From the NCBI GenBank assembly GCA_963707215.1, contig CAVPPB010000003.1:1632001-1696000 (forward strand): a stretch of DNA of 64,000 nt. The letters are read 5' to 3'. The position numbers and the translations under genes are program-made. The notes under the pieces were generated by a model. That model did not search any database, was not told the origin of the DNA, and saw only the letters and a program-made list of their open reading frames with translations. Source of the DNA: an uncultured Chloroflexia bacterium. Its GTDB lineage: Bacteria; Chloroflexota; Limnocylindria; Limnocylindrales; CSP1-4. This document shows positions 8,931 to 17,743 of this stretch, in pieces; position 1 is the stretch's first letter; every line of letters begins with the position of its first letter.

Positions 8931-10232
8931 ATGAAGCGCGCGATCGCCACGTTGCTCTGCGTCCCGTTCATCGTCACCGCCTGCGCCTCGCCCGGCGCAT
9001 CGAGCCCCGGCACGACCCCCGGTCCCGACCCCGAGGGGATCGAGTTGGCCGCCCTCGAGGTCCCCCGGATCCTCGGCAGCGAGGACGACGCCCGGGCCGC
9101 CGGGGCCGCCATCGACGCGTTCGGGCTCGACCTCTACCGCCTCGTCGCCCGCCCGGACGAGAACGCCGTGCTGTCCCCGGCGAGCATCGCCATCGCCCTC
9201 TCGATGGCCCGGGCCGGCGCCCGCGGCACGACCGCCGAGCAGATGGACGCTGCGCTCTACGAGCTCGGCTCGGACGAGCACGCTGCCTGGATCAGCGCCC
9301 TCGACCAGGCCCTGGCCGAGCGGTCGGGCACCTTCGAGGACTTCGAGGGCAACGACCTCGAGGTGGCGCTCCGGATCGCCAACGCCCCGTTCGCCCAGCG
9401 CGACTACGCGCTCGAGGACGCCTTCCTCGAGGCGCTCGGCGGACGGTTCGGGGCCGGCCTGCGGCTGGTCGACTACCGGGCCGACCCTGAGGCAGCCCGC
9501 CGGGCCATCAACGCCTGGGTCGAGGAGCAGACCGAGGAGCGCATCCCCGAGCTGCTGGCCGCCGGCGACGTCGACACGCTGACCCGCCTGGTGCTCGTCA
9601 ACGCCATCTACCTCAAGGCCGCCTGGCTGACCCCCTTCGCCGAGGAGGCGACCGAGGACGGGACGTTCACCCGCCCGGACGGATCGACGGTGGAGGTCCC
9701 GCTCATGGCGGCCGGGATCGAGGCCACCTACGCCGCCGGCGACGGCTGGCAGGCGGTCGAGCTGCCCTACGTCGGCGGCTCGTTGGCGATGACGATCGTC
9801 GTCCCCGACGACCTGGCGGCCTTCGTCGCGGACCTCGACGCTGACCGGCTGGCGCTCATCACCGGTGGGCTGGAGGCGGCCCACGTTGATCTCGTGCTGC
9901 CGCGCTTCAGCCTCGAGACCCGGACGGAGCTCGGGGCGGTCCTGGCGGCGCTCGGGATGACCGACGCCTTCGACCCCGACCTGGCCGACTTCAGCGGCAT
10001 GACGGCCGAGGAGCGGCTCTTCATCTCGGCCGTCGTCCACCAGGCCGACATCGACGTCGACGAGGAGGGCACCGAGGCGGCGGCCGCCACGGCGGTGGTC
10101 ATGCGGGCGACGAGCCTGCCGGAGCGCCAGGTGGAGCTGCGCGTCGACCGACCGTTCCTGTTCGCCCTCCGCGACCTCCCCACCGGGACGGTCCTCTTCC
10201 TGGGCCAGGTCGTCGACCCGTCGTCCGAGTAG
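8931..10232 (+). CDS. Serpin family protein, lipoprotein
   Basis: VTAC lipobox; SPASI, NAIYLKAAW, hinge DEEGTEAAAATAV, DRPFLF. Confidence 0.93.
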   Translation: MKRAIATLLCVPFIVTACASPGASSPGTTPGPDPEGIELAALEVPRILGSEDDARAAGAAIDAFGLDLYRLVARPDENAVLSPASIAIALSMARAGARGTTAEQMDAALYELGSDEHAAWISALDQALAERSGTFEDFEGNDLEVALRIANAPFAQRDYALEDAFLEALGGRFGAGLRLVDYRADPEAARRAINAWVEEQTEERIPELLAAGDVDTLTRLVLVNAIYLKAAWLTPFAEEATEDGTFTRPDGSTVEVPLMAAGIEATYAAGDGWQAVELPYVGGSLAMTIVVPDDLAAFVADLDADRLALITGGLEAAHVDLVLPRFSLETRTELGAVLAALGMTDAFDPDLADFSGMTAEERLFISAVVHQADIDVDEEGTEAAAATAVVMRATSLPERQVELRVDRPFLFALRDLPTGTVLFLGQVVDPSSE

Positions 10233-10256
10233 CGGCCGAGCCGCGCCCCGAGGCCC

Positions 10257-11657
10257 TCAGGGCCCGCCACAGACCTCCGCGACGGAGCAGTAGAGCACTG
10301 TCCCTCCCACGATCGCCGCGATGACCTCCATGGCCCGGATCTCGTCAGGGTCGCTGCTGGTGACGTCGCCCGACAGGATCGTGACGTCGCCCAGGGTGCC
10401 CGGTGCCAGGTGCCCTCGCCGGGCCTCGTCGCCGAGCGCCCAGGCGGCATCGAGCGTCACGGCCCGCAGGCCCTGCTCTGCCGTCAGCAGCTGGTCGCGG
10501 AGCCACTCCGGCGTCTCCGGCTGGGTCCGAGCGCGGCCGTCCATCCCGGCGGCGATCTGGTCGACGGGCCGGCCCTGGTCCACCGCCAGCACGAAGCCCT
10601 TGAACGTCCACGGCGCGTCGGTCGCCGAGGCGACGTGCAGCCCGGCGTCGACGAAGTCCCGCCAGCGCGCGACCCAGTCGATCTCGGCGTCGGGTTCGTC
10701 GCGCTCGAACTCGGGCCGGAAGGCATCACCCAGGATCCAGTCGCGGGCGCCGTCGAGGTGGATCACCGTGACGATGTCCATCGCGACCATCCGGGCCAGC
10801 TGCTCGTCGGTGACCTGGATAGCGTGCTCGATGCGGTGGTGGAGCGGGTTCGGTCCGGTCGGGCCGAGCGCCGCCTCGAGAGCGTCGAGCGCCAGGTCCA
10901 TGGCCGCCGCGCGCGCGCTGTGCATCGAGACCTGCCAGCCGGCGTCGTTCGCCCGGCCGATCGCATCCACGAGCTCCGCCGGCTCCCAGTTGATGGCTCC
11001 GCCCAGGCCGTGGTCGAGGTGGATCTTCAGGCCCTGGACGCGGAGATGGTCGTCGACCGCGCCGGGCGCGCGGTCCTCGTACCAGTCGCCGAGGAAGTCC
11101 TGCTCGAAGTTGAGGGCGAGATAGGCGTCGACCCGCAGCGGCAGGGCGCCCTCCGCGGCAAGGGACTCGAGCTCATCCAGGCGTTCCGGGTCGACCCACT
11201 GCTCGGAGATCGCGGTCCATCCACGGGTCGCGGCCGCGTCCATCGCCGCCGCCGGCGTGCCCAGGCCGAGATACCCACGGTCGCCGATCCAGTGGGCATG
11301 AGTGTCGATGAAGCCCGGGTAGGCCACGTTCTCGCCGATGTCGATGACCGGGGTGTCGTCACATGCACGCGCCGATACGTCATCGCGGGTGCCGACCGCC
11401 ACGACCGTTCCATCCTCGATGAGGACCGCCTCCGCGATGGGCGGCTCGTCCATCGTGACGATCCGGCCGACGACGACGAGATCGCGGGGCTCCGGGCCGA
11501 GGGCGCTCGTGGCGGCACCGGCAGTCTGGTCGTCGCACGCCGACGGGGATGGCGACGCCGAGGGGTCCGTGCCCGCCGGGCCGCAGCCGGCGACGAAGGC
11601 AAGCAGGATCGATATGGCCGAGAGCCGCGCCGGGCCACCGACCGGACTCGATCGCAT
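10257..11657 (-). CDS. Amidohydrolase_3 (YtcJ-like) lipoprotein
   Basis: VAGC lipobox; PGFIDTHAH, HRIEHA, ATDAP, GHLAPGTLGD; start could be 11690. Confidence 0.85.
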   Translation of the reverse strand: MRSSPVGGPARLSAISILLAFVAGCGPAGTDPSASPSPSACDDQTAGAATSALGPEPRDLVVVGRIVTMDEPPIAEAVLIEDGTVVAVGTRDDVSARACDDTPVIDIGENVAYPGFIDTHAHWIGDRGYLGLGTPAAAMDAAATRGWTAISEQWVDPERLDELESLAAEGALPLRVDAYLALNFEQDFLGDWYEDRAPGAVDDHLRVQGLKIHLDHGLGGAINWEPAELVDAIGRANDAGWQVSMHSARAAAMDLALDALEAALGPTGPNPLHHRIEHAIQVTDEQLARMVAMDIVTVIHLDGARDWILGDAFRPEFERDEPDAEIDWVARWRDFVDAGLHVASATDAPWTFKGFVLAVDQGRPVDQIAAGMDGRARTQPETPEWLRDQLLTAEQGLRAVTLDAAWALGDEARRGHLAPGTLGDVTILSGDVTSSDPDEIRAMEVIAAIVGGTVLYCSVAEVCGGP

Positions 11658-11706
11658 CCGCGCCTTCCTCTCACCGCCGACACGGCCCATCGCGGACCCC
11701 TTGATG

Positions 11707-11739
11707 CAGTGATGACGCGTGCGGCCGCCGGTTCGTTCA
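11707..11739 (-). promoter_or_regulatory. Putative ECF-sigma promoter
   Basis: TGAACGA-N15-CGTCATCACTG; near-identical to the motif upstream of the ECF gene. Confidence 0.55.
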
Positions 11740-11804
11740 GATCCCACGGTCGCCGGTCTCGACTGGATGCGCGAGCCCTCCGGTTGCGCGAGGCCGGTGT
11801 GGGT

Positions 11805-12911
11805 CTACGGCTGGTCCAGCGTGTCGAGGAGGGTCGCTTCGGCGGCGGCTCCGTCGGCCGAGCTCAGGTACTCGACATTCGGCGCGCCCTCGACCGGCCG
11901 CGTGAACCCGACGTCGGGGCCCTCGGCCTCCTCGACGTCCACGCGAGCGGCGCTGAACGTCCCGACCGGGTGGCCGGCGGCCACCATGGCGGCGAGGGGA
12001 TCCCACAGGTAGTAGGTGCCGTCCGTCATGAACGGGCTCGCGGCGAAGAGCTCTGCGAGCACCAGCGCGCCGGTGCCGGTCGCCTCCCGCTGGACGCGCT
12101 GGGCGAACTCCGGCGTGACGGGCGCCTGGTTCGTGCCGTCGAGGCTGACGAGGCGGACCGCGATCCCCGAGTCGATCACCCGCTGGGCCGCTGTCGGGTC
12201 GGCGTAGATGTTCCACTCCGCCACCTCGTTGTCGGGCGGCCCGCCGAAGCCAACGTTGCCCGGGACGAACACCGCTCCGCCCATCGCGTAGACGGACTCG
12301 AGCCGTCCGGCGAGATCGGGATGGCTGCCGAGCGCATCGGCCAGGTTGGTCAAGGGCCCGAGGGTCAGGACGCGCAGCCCGTCGGTCTGGTCGGCCGTCT
12401 GCGTGATGAGCTGCACGGCATCCCCGGCGAACGGCTGACGCGAGGTCGCGGGTAGCTCCAACCCGGAGCCGCCATCGACACTCTCCCGCCACGCATCCGG
12501 GAAGGCATGGTCACCGGCCATGGGCGTCTCGCGCCCACACGCGACGTCGATCGTCGGCGCCTCGAGGCGCTCGAGCAGCCGCAGGACGACGTCCACGCCG
12601 GGAGCACAGTGGGCCTCTCCGGTCCCGGAGATGGTGATGGCCCTGACCTTGACAGCTGGTGACGCCAGGAGGAAGGCGATCGCCACGAGGTCATCGGGCG
12701 CGACGTCCGTGTCCACGAGCAGCGGCCGCGCAGTCTCGTAGGCGGTCTCGGAAGGCGGCGCGGCCGGGCTCGGGATCGGGCCGATCGGCGGCGTCTCGCC
12801 CACCAGTGACGGTGCCCCTCCCGCCGGCGACAAGGACTCGGCGCCCGGAGCACAGGCGGCGGCGAGGGCGAGAAGGATGGCCGCGGTCGGGAGCAGTGCT
12901 CGAGGACGCAT
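11805..12911 (-). CDS. Nucleoside hydrolase (IUNH family), lipoprotein
   Basis: AAAC lipobox; DTDVAPDD, LGPLTNLA, AEWNIYADP, LWDPLAA. Confidence 0.9.
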   Translation of the reverse strand: MRPRALLPTAAILLALAAACAPGAESLSPAGGAPSLVGETPPIGPIPSPAAPPSETAYETARPLLVDTDVAPDDLVAIAFLLASPAVKVRAITISGTGEAHCAPGVDVVLRLLERLEAPTIDVACGRETPMAGDHAFPDAWRESVDGGSGLELPATSRQPFAGDAVQLITQTADQTDGLRVLTLGPLTNLADALGSHPDLAGRLESVYAMGGAVFVPGNVGFGGPPDNEVAEWNIYADPTAAQRVIDSGIAVRLVSLDGTNQAPVTPEFAQRVQREATGTGALVLAELFAASPFMTDGTYYLWDPLAAMVAAGHPVGTFSAARVDVEEAEGPDVGFTRPVEGAPNVEYLSSADGAAAEATLLDTLDQP

Positions 12912-12935
12912 GGACGGCACTCCGTGCGGGGAAGG

Positions 12936-12965
12936 TCGCAGGCGGCCCGGCCGGGCCGCCTGCGA
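12936..12965. repeat. Perfect 30-bp palindrome upstream of the nucleoside hydrolase
   Basis: TCGCAGGCGGCCCGGCCGGGCCGCCTGCGA. Confidence 0.75.
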
Positions 12966-13078
12966 TGGATCGGGGACGAGGATCGTTCTGGTCCATCGAC
13001 GAGAGCGGACCACTTCGGGCGGCTGAAGCGACCGTGCGCTCGACAGGCGACGCTTCGAGCCCTCGGCCCCCGCTGCGC

Positions 13079-14405
13079 TCAGGGCGCCAGGTCAGGCGGG
13101 GGCACCAGCACCCCGGACTCCACGGGCTGGAAGTTCGAAGGATCGATGTCGGCGAGATCGACCCCTCCGAGCCACCCGGCGCAGTCGGTTCCCGCCGCCT
13201 TGGGATCGGAGATCCAGATCCCGATCCGCTGGGGGGAGCCGTCCTTGACGATGACCGCCGACCAGTCGCCGGCACGCTCGCCTGAGACCGTGGTCTGCTC
13301 GGTCGTGCCGCTGAGGGCCCAGGTGTCGCCGTCCCGGGCGGCACACTCCAGCCGGACGGTGTGGGTGCCTGCCTCGAAGGTCGTGACGGCCGTGCCGGAC
13401 ACGCTCGCGCCATCGGCGACGGCGTCGACCTCCGTCGTGGCGGCGGCTCCATCGAGCTGGTACTCCACGGTGCCGCCGAGAGCGCTGCCGAACGTCGTCG
13501 ACTCGGCGATCGACCGCATCTCCTCGACGAGGTCCGCTGGAGTGTCGAGGCGGTACATCGCATCGATCACCAAGAAGGCGCCGTCGACGTCCACGATCCA
13601 GAGCGCATCGATCTGGCCTGGGCCCTGGTGGTAGCGCGCCAGGGCGATCCTCCCCGGTCGCGAAGCTGACGAACTCGCCCTCTTCGCACCCATCGGGCGC
13701 GGCGTCAGCCGGCACGTGGAGGGTGATCGACTGGCCCGCGTTGCCGTCGACCGTCACATCGACCGGCTCCGTGGCATCCCGTGATGCCTGCTCCGCGAGA
13801 GCGGCCGCGAACTCTTCGATCGTCGTGGCGGGAGTGGCCGGCCTGGTCGATGTCACCTGGCAGGGATCCCCTGTGCACGTAGAAGCTCGTACCGGCGGGA
13901 TATGCCCAGAGAAAGCCTCGTGGCCTCAGGCAGATTGTCCAGGCCTCGTCGTCCTTCACACGGGCTGAAGTCGCGGAAACGGTCCATCCGGGATCCGATG
14001 GTGACCGTGACCTGCACCGATCTTCGTCGGTGGAGACGACGACCGGGCCTTCGGGAAGGCCGGCTGCGAAGCCGACGGCGCGGCTGATGGCGCTCGCGTA
14101 GGGGCCGGCGCGGACGAGGGCGAGGGCGATGAAGCGCCACCGATTCCGTCGGGCGCTGGGGCACCCAGGAACTGGACGCCGACGACGAGGGCAACGGCCA
14201 CGCCGGCGGCGCCGAGGCCGATGGGGACGAACTTGTTCATGGTTCTCCGTAGTCTCTCTGGGAGCGTGCGCCAACCGCCCTGCTGCCTGGTCGCCCGCGT
14301 GCGTTCGAACGTCGCACGCAGGACGCGATCGGACAGCCGACCCGGGGCTTCCGCCTCGAGCCAATCGCTGATCCGTTCCTCGAGCTGGCGGTCGGTAGGC
14401 ATCAC
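13079..14405 (-). pseudogene. Membrane-anchored anti-sigma-like protein broken by several frameshifts
   Basis: Overlaps the ECF stop (GTGA). Protein-like text is split across ORFs 13956-14405, 13705-14460, 13853-14194, 13092-13856 and 13079-13693. Indels cluster at about 13650-14070. Confidence 0.6.
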
Positions 14406-14953
14406 GCAGTCCTGTCCTGGGCGACCGCCGGCTGCCGCGCGTCGGCCTCGAGCGCCGCACGCATCGCCTCGGTCGCGTAGTGAAGTCGTGATCTGGCGGT
14501 CCCCTCGGGGATGCCGAGCATCCGCGCGATCTCGGCCGACGAGAAGCCGCTGTAGTAGTGGAGGACGACCACCGCCCGTTGCTCGGGCTTCAGTCGACTG
14601 AATCCCCGCTCCAGCTGTTCGCGGTCAGCGACGGCACCGGTGTCATCGCCGACCGAGGTGTCGAGCGGCAGTGGCCGCACCTGGTTCGACCAGCGCCGCA
14701 GCTGTCGGCCCTGGTCTGCACAGGCGTTGACCACCAGGCGATAGAGCCAGGCGTCGAACCGATCCGGATCGCGCAGCGAGGGAAGCTGCCGCCACGCGCG
14801 AACCAGCGCTTCCTGCACCGCGTCCTCCGCCAGGTCGGACGACCGGAGGATCAGGCGAGCGACCGCGTACAGGCGATCGCCGGCGGAGGTCGCGAGGACT
14901 TCGAATGCCTCATGGTCTCCCTGGCGGGCCGCCTCTACGAGATCTCGCCTCAT
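14402..14953 (-). CDS. ECF RNA polymerase sigma factor
   Basis: AEDAVQEALVRAW, FDAWLYRLVVN, EIARMLGIPEGTARSRLHYA; GGAGA RBS. Confidence 0.93.
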   Translation of the reverse strand: MRRDLVEAARQGDHEAFEVLATSAGDRLYAVARLILRSSDLAEDAVQEALVRAWRQLPSLRDPDRFDAWLYRLVVNACADQGRQLRRWSNQVRPLPLDTSVGDDTGAVADREQLERGFSRLKPEQRAVVVLHYYSGFSSAEIARMLGIPEGTARSRLHYATEAMRAALEADARQPAVAQDRTA

Positions 14954-14995
14954 CCGTTCTCCATCACCAGCACGGTCCATCGTCGTCCCGTGTGC

Positions 14996-15029
14996 CAGTT
15001 ATGACGGGTGTGGCAAGTCAAGTCGTTCA
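14996..15029 (-). promoter_or_regulatory. Putative autoregulatory ECF promoter
   Basis: TGAACGA-N16-CGTCATAACTG immediately upstream of the ECF gene. Confidence 0.55.
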
Positions 15030-15211
15030 ATAACAGGCGGCACCAGCCGGGAGCGGGTCGCAGAATGCCATGGAGGCGATGGGCTCGGCCGCCGGATCCG
15101 TCGGCCTGCCGGACCGGTTCGATCGGACTCGTAGGGCCATACCGCCACGCCGGACACGCACGCGGGGCCGATGGCCGATCGCGCGCGCCGGGGTATCATC
15201 GGCCCGCACGC

Positions 15212-15287
15212 GCGCCTGTAGCTCAGCGGATAGAGCGTCGGCCTCCGGAGCCGAAGGTCGCAGGTTCGAATCCTGTCGGGCGCGCCA
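15212..15287 (+). tRNA. tRNA-Arg(CCG)
   Basis: GCGCCTGTAGCTCAGCGGATAGAGCG TCGGC CTCCGGA GCCGA..GGTTCGAATCC..CGGGCGCGCCA. Confidence 0.97.
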
Positions 15288-15621
15288 TTGCAACCTTTTC
15301 GGGCAGCGCCAACGCCAATCCGTGCGCGTAGGCCGACTGCGTCAGCCGGACAGCCACGATCTCGGGCCCGGCGCTCGTGATCCGGTCGTAGATGGCGTGC
15401 ATCAGGTCTGCCTTCTCCTTCGGTACATCTGCCTGCTGGATCGACGCGGCGAGGGCATGCAGCCACTCGATCGCTCGCTGCGCGGGGACGCCGGTATCCG
15501 CGCCGTCCGCGATCGCGCCCCGCGCCTGGCGGAGCGCCTTGAGCCGGGCGAGGTACGTGTCGTCGCCCAGGGTGCCCGCGGCGTGCTCGAGGGCGAGCTC
15601 GCGGATCCGCCGGTCGCACAT
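15223..15621 (-). pseudogene. C-terminal remnant of a probable large serine recombinase, reading antisense into the tRNA
   Basis: Coiled-coil-like RIRELALEHAAGTLGDDTYLARLKALRQ and terminal EKADLMHAIYDRIT block; no catalytic domain upstream; family assignment inferred from style and att geometry. Confidence 0.65.
15272..15293 (+). repeat. att direct repeat, tRNA-proximal copy
   Basis: Identical to 19525-19546. Confidence 0.9.
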
Positions 15622-15909
15622 GACGAGGGCGACGCCGGCGGGATGCAGGCCGTCCTCCAGGAGCTCGAGGGTCCGCCGGAGGTTGCGCTGCCCGTGCCCT
15701 CGTGGCGATGGCCGCTCGTCGTGTCCAGGAGGGTCGCCTGCAGGTTCTCGATGTCGGTGCCTGTCGCTCGCGGGCCGCGCTCGCGGGACCTGCGGCCGAC
15801 AGCGGCCACGCCCGCGCTCCGCTCAGCGTCGAGCGCGAGGCAAGAGTCCCGACGGAGCGCCCTCAAGGCAAACTCGATTGCGCTCCCGGGTTGGTGCGGC
15901 CGAAACGCG

Positions 15910-15946
15910 GCGGGGCGGGGCACACAGATGGCGTGCCCCGCCCCGC
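15910..15946 (-). terminator. Hairpin downstream of the DUF1269-like gene
   Basis: GCGGGGCGGGGCAC-N9-GTGCCCCGCCCCGC, 14-bp stem. Confidence 0.7.
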
Positions 15947-15959
15947 GATCGTGGTGCTG

Positions 15960-16580
15960 TCAGCCGGCCTGCTTGGCGGCCTCCTTGATGGACTTCGCGG
16001 AGGCGTCGGAGACGCCGGCGCTGCGGACCTTGGTGGCCGCCGGCATGGCCTTCTTGACCGCGTCGACATCGGACGCTTCGACGAGCGCGAGGATGCCGGA
16101 CTGGTTGGGCCCAAGGGCTCCGGCCAGGGCGCCGCCCACTTCGGACTTGTGGAGCTCGTTGCGGAGCTTGCCGAGCACGCCACCGACCGCACCCCAGGCG
16201 ACGGTGCTGGCGATGATGCTGGGCGGGAAGATGATGCCGAGCACGAGCCCGCCAACGGCGCCCCACTTGACGCCCGTCTTGGTGGCGTGGTCGGTCATCT
16301 TCTGGATGTGGACCTTGCTGTCCGCGTCGGTCTTGATGACAAGGACGCCGTCAACCGTGGCCTGGCCGGCCGTCTCCGCGTCCTGCAGGGCCTGGTACGC
16401 CGCCATGGCTGCCGTATCGTCGGCAAACGCCGCAACCACCACGGCGTAGTCGTAGTCGGTCACAACGGCACCGACCGCCTGAGCACCGGAGTCATCGCCG
16501 ATGGCGCCCACCACAGTGGCGCCGGTGTCGTCGGCCTCTGCGGCCACCACTGCGTCCTGAGCCCCCTGGTCGTCTGTCAT
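15960..16580 (-). CDS. DUF1269-like glycine-zipper membrane protein
   Basis: GVKWGAVGGLVLGIIFPP..GAVGGVLGKL..LGPNQSGILAL. Confidence 0.7.
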   Translation of the reverse strand: MTDDQGAQDAVVAAEADDTGATVVGAIGDDSGAQAVGAVVTDYDYAVVVAAFADDTAAMAAYQALQDAETAGQATVDGVLVIKTDADSKVHIQKMTDHATKTGVKWGAVGGLVLGIIFPPSIIASTVAWGAVGGVLGKLRNELHKSEVGGALAGALGPNQSGILALVEASDVDAVKKAMPAATKVRSAGVSDASAKSIKEAAKQAG

Positions 16581-16933
16581 AGGTGGTACCCCAATCTGCG
16601 TCCATTCCCGCGAAGACCGGGTGCGGACGCCCGACCCGGCCGAAGGACGGTACCCGATATCCCGCTGGGACGCGACCAATGGCACTGTTGCGACGATGAC
16701 CCTCGCCCGAGCGCAGCTCCGCGGTCCGCGCGAGCCCGATCAGCTGCGGGGTCCCGAGAGTGGCCCGGCGGCGGAACCCTTCCGCCGGTGAACCGAGAGC
16801 GGCAGCGCGCTCAGAGGTCCTCGACGTTCCCCAGGCCGATCGAGCGCATCTGGGAGAAGACCGCGGCCACGGCCATGTGGCGATCCTCGAACTGGCGTCA
16901 CAGTCCCACGGGCCCTCGTGCGAGCATCGCGGC

Positions 16934-17713
16934 GTGATCCACGACCCTCTCCAACGGGCAGCCCAAGGCCCGCTGACCATCCGGCTGATCCTTCACGAAG
17001 CCCTGGCCATGTTCCGCCTCGGCTACCTGCGGGTGGCCCTGGTGGCCCTGCTCCTGTTCGTGCCGCCCGCGGTCCTGGCCGTGCTGCTCGAGGGGATCAC
17101 GGAGGAGCAGCTGGACCTGCCATTCGGCGGCGGGGTGTTGCTCGCGATGGCGATCGGGGGCCTGTTCCGCCTGTTCGGCCCGGTCGTCTTCGCCGGCTAC
17201 CTCGACGAGGCTGTGGGCAGCGAGTACTTCAAGGGTCATCGCCAACGGCTGCCGGAAGTGCTGCGGTCGCTGCCCTGGGTCTCGCTCCTCGTGGCCGACG
17301 TGATCGTGGTCGTAGGGGCGTCCATCGGACTCGCGCTGATGGTGATCCCCGGGATCGCCTTCTACGCGGCCTTCGGGCTGATCGGTCCGGTCATGGTCCA
17401 GGAGCGTCGCGGGATCCTTCCGTCCTTCGGGCGCACGCTGCAGATCAGCCGGACCGCCGTGATCCCGGTCGTCCTCCTGGTCATCGTGCCGCTGGCGGCC
17501 GAGCAGGTGATCCACGAGGCCGCCTACCGCGCGGTGCACGAGGAGGCGGTCCTGGTCCGGATCCTCGCGGAATGGCTGGTCGCGGCCATCGTCGGTGGTG
17601 CCGTTGGCCTGCTGGAGGTTGCGCTCGCCACGGAGCTCATGGCGCGCAACCCGATGCCGGCGGTCCAGCCCGACTCGGCAGTCGCCGGCGCCGAGCGGGA
17701 GCGATCCGCCTAG
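16934..17713 (+). CDS. Hypothetical multi-pass membrane protein (start uncertain: 16934 or 17009)
   Basis: About 6 hydrophobic segments, GLALMVIPGI..P.MVQERRG; coding-like GC3. Confidence 0.65.
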   Translation: MIHDPLQRAAQGPLTIRLILHEALAMFRLGYLRVALVALLLFVPPAVLAVLLEGITEEQLDLPFGGGVLLAMAIGGLFRLFGPVVFAGYLDEAVGSEYFKGHRQRLPEVLRSLPWVSLLVADVIVVVGASIGLALMVIPGIAFYAAFGLIGPVMVQERRGILPSFGRTLQISRTAVIPVVLLVIVPLAAEQVIHEAAYRAVHEEAVLVRILAEWLVAAIVGGAVGLLEVALATELMARNPMPAVQPDSAVAGAERERSA

Positions 17714-17743
17714 CTCGCGAGGCCGGCGGATACCCGCCGCGGG

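Noticed and set aside
15027-15293. ORF MQWRARQDSNLRP.. and similar ORFs over tRNA-Asp
   Set aside because: Antisense translations of tRNA genes.
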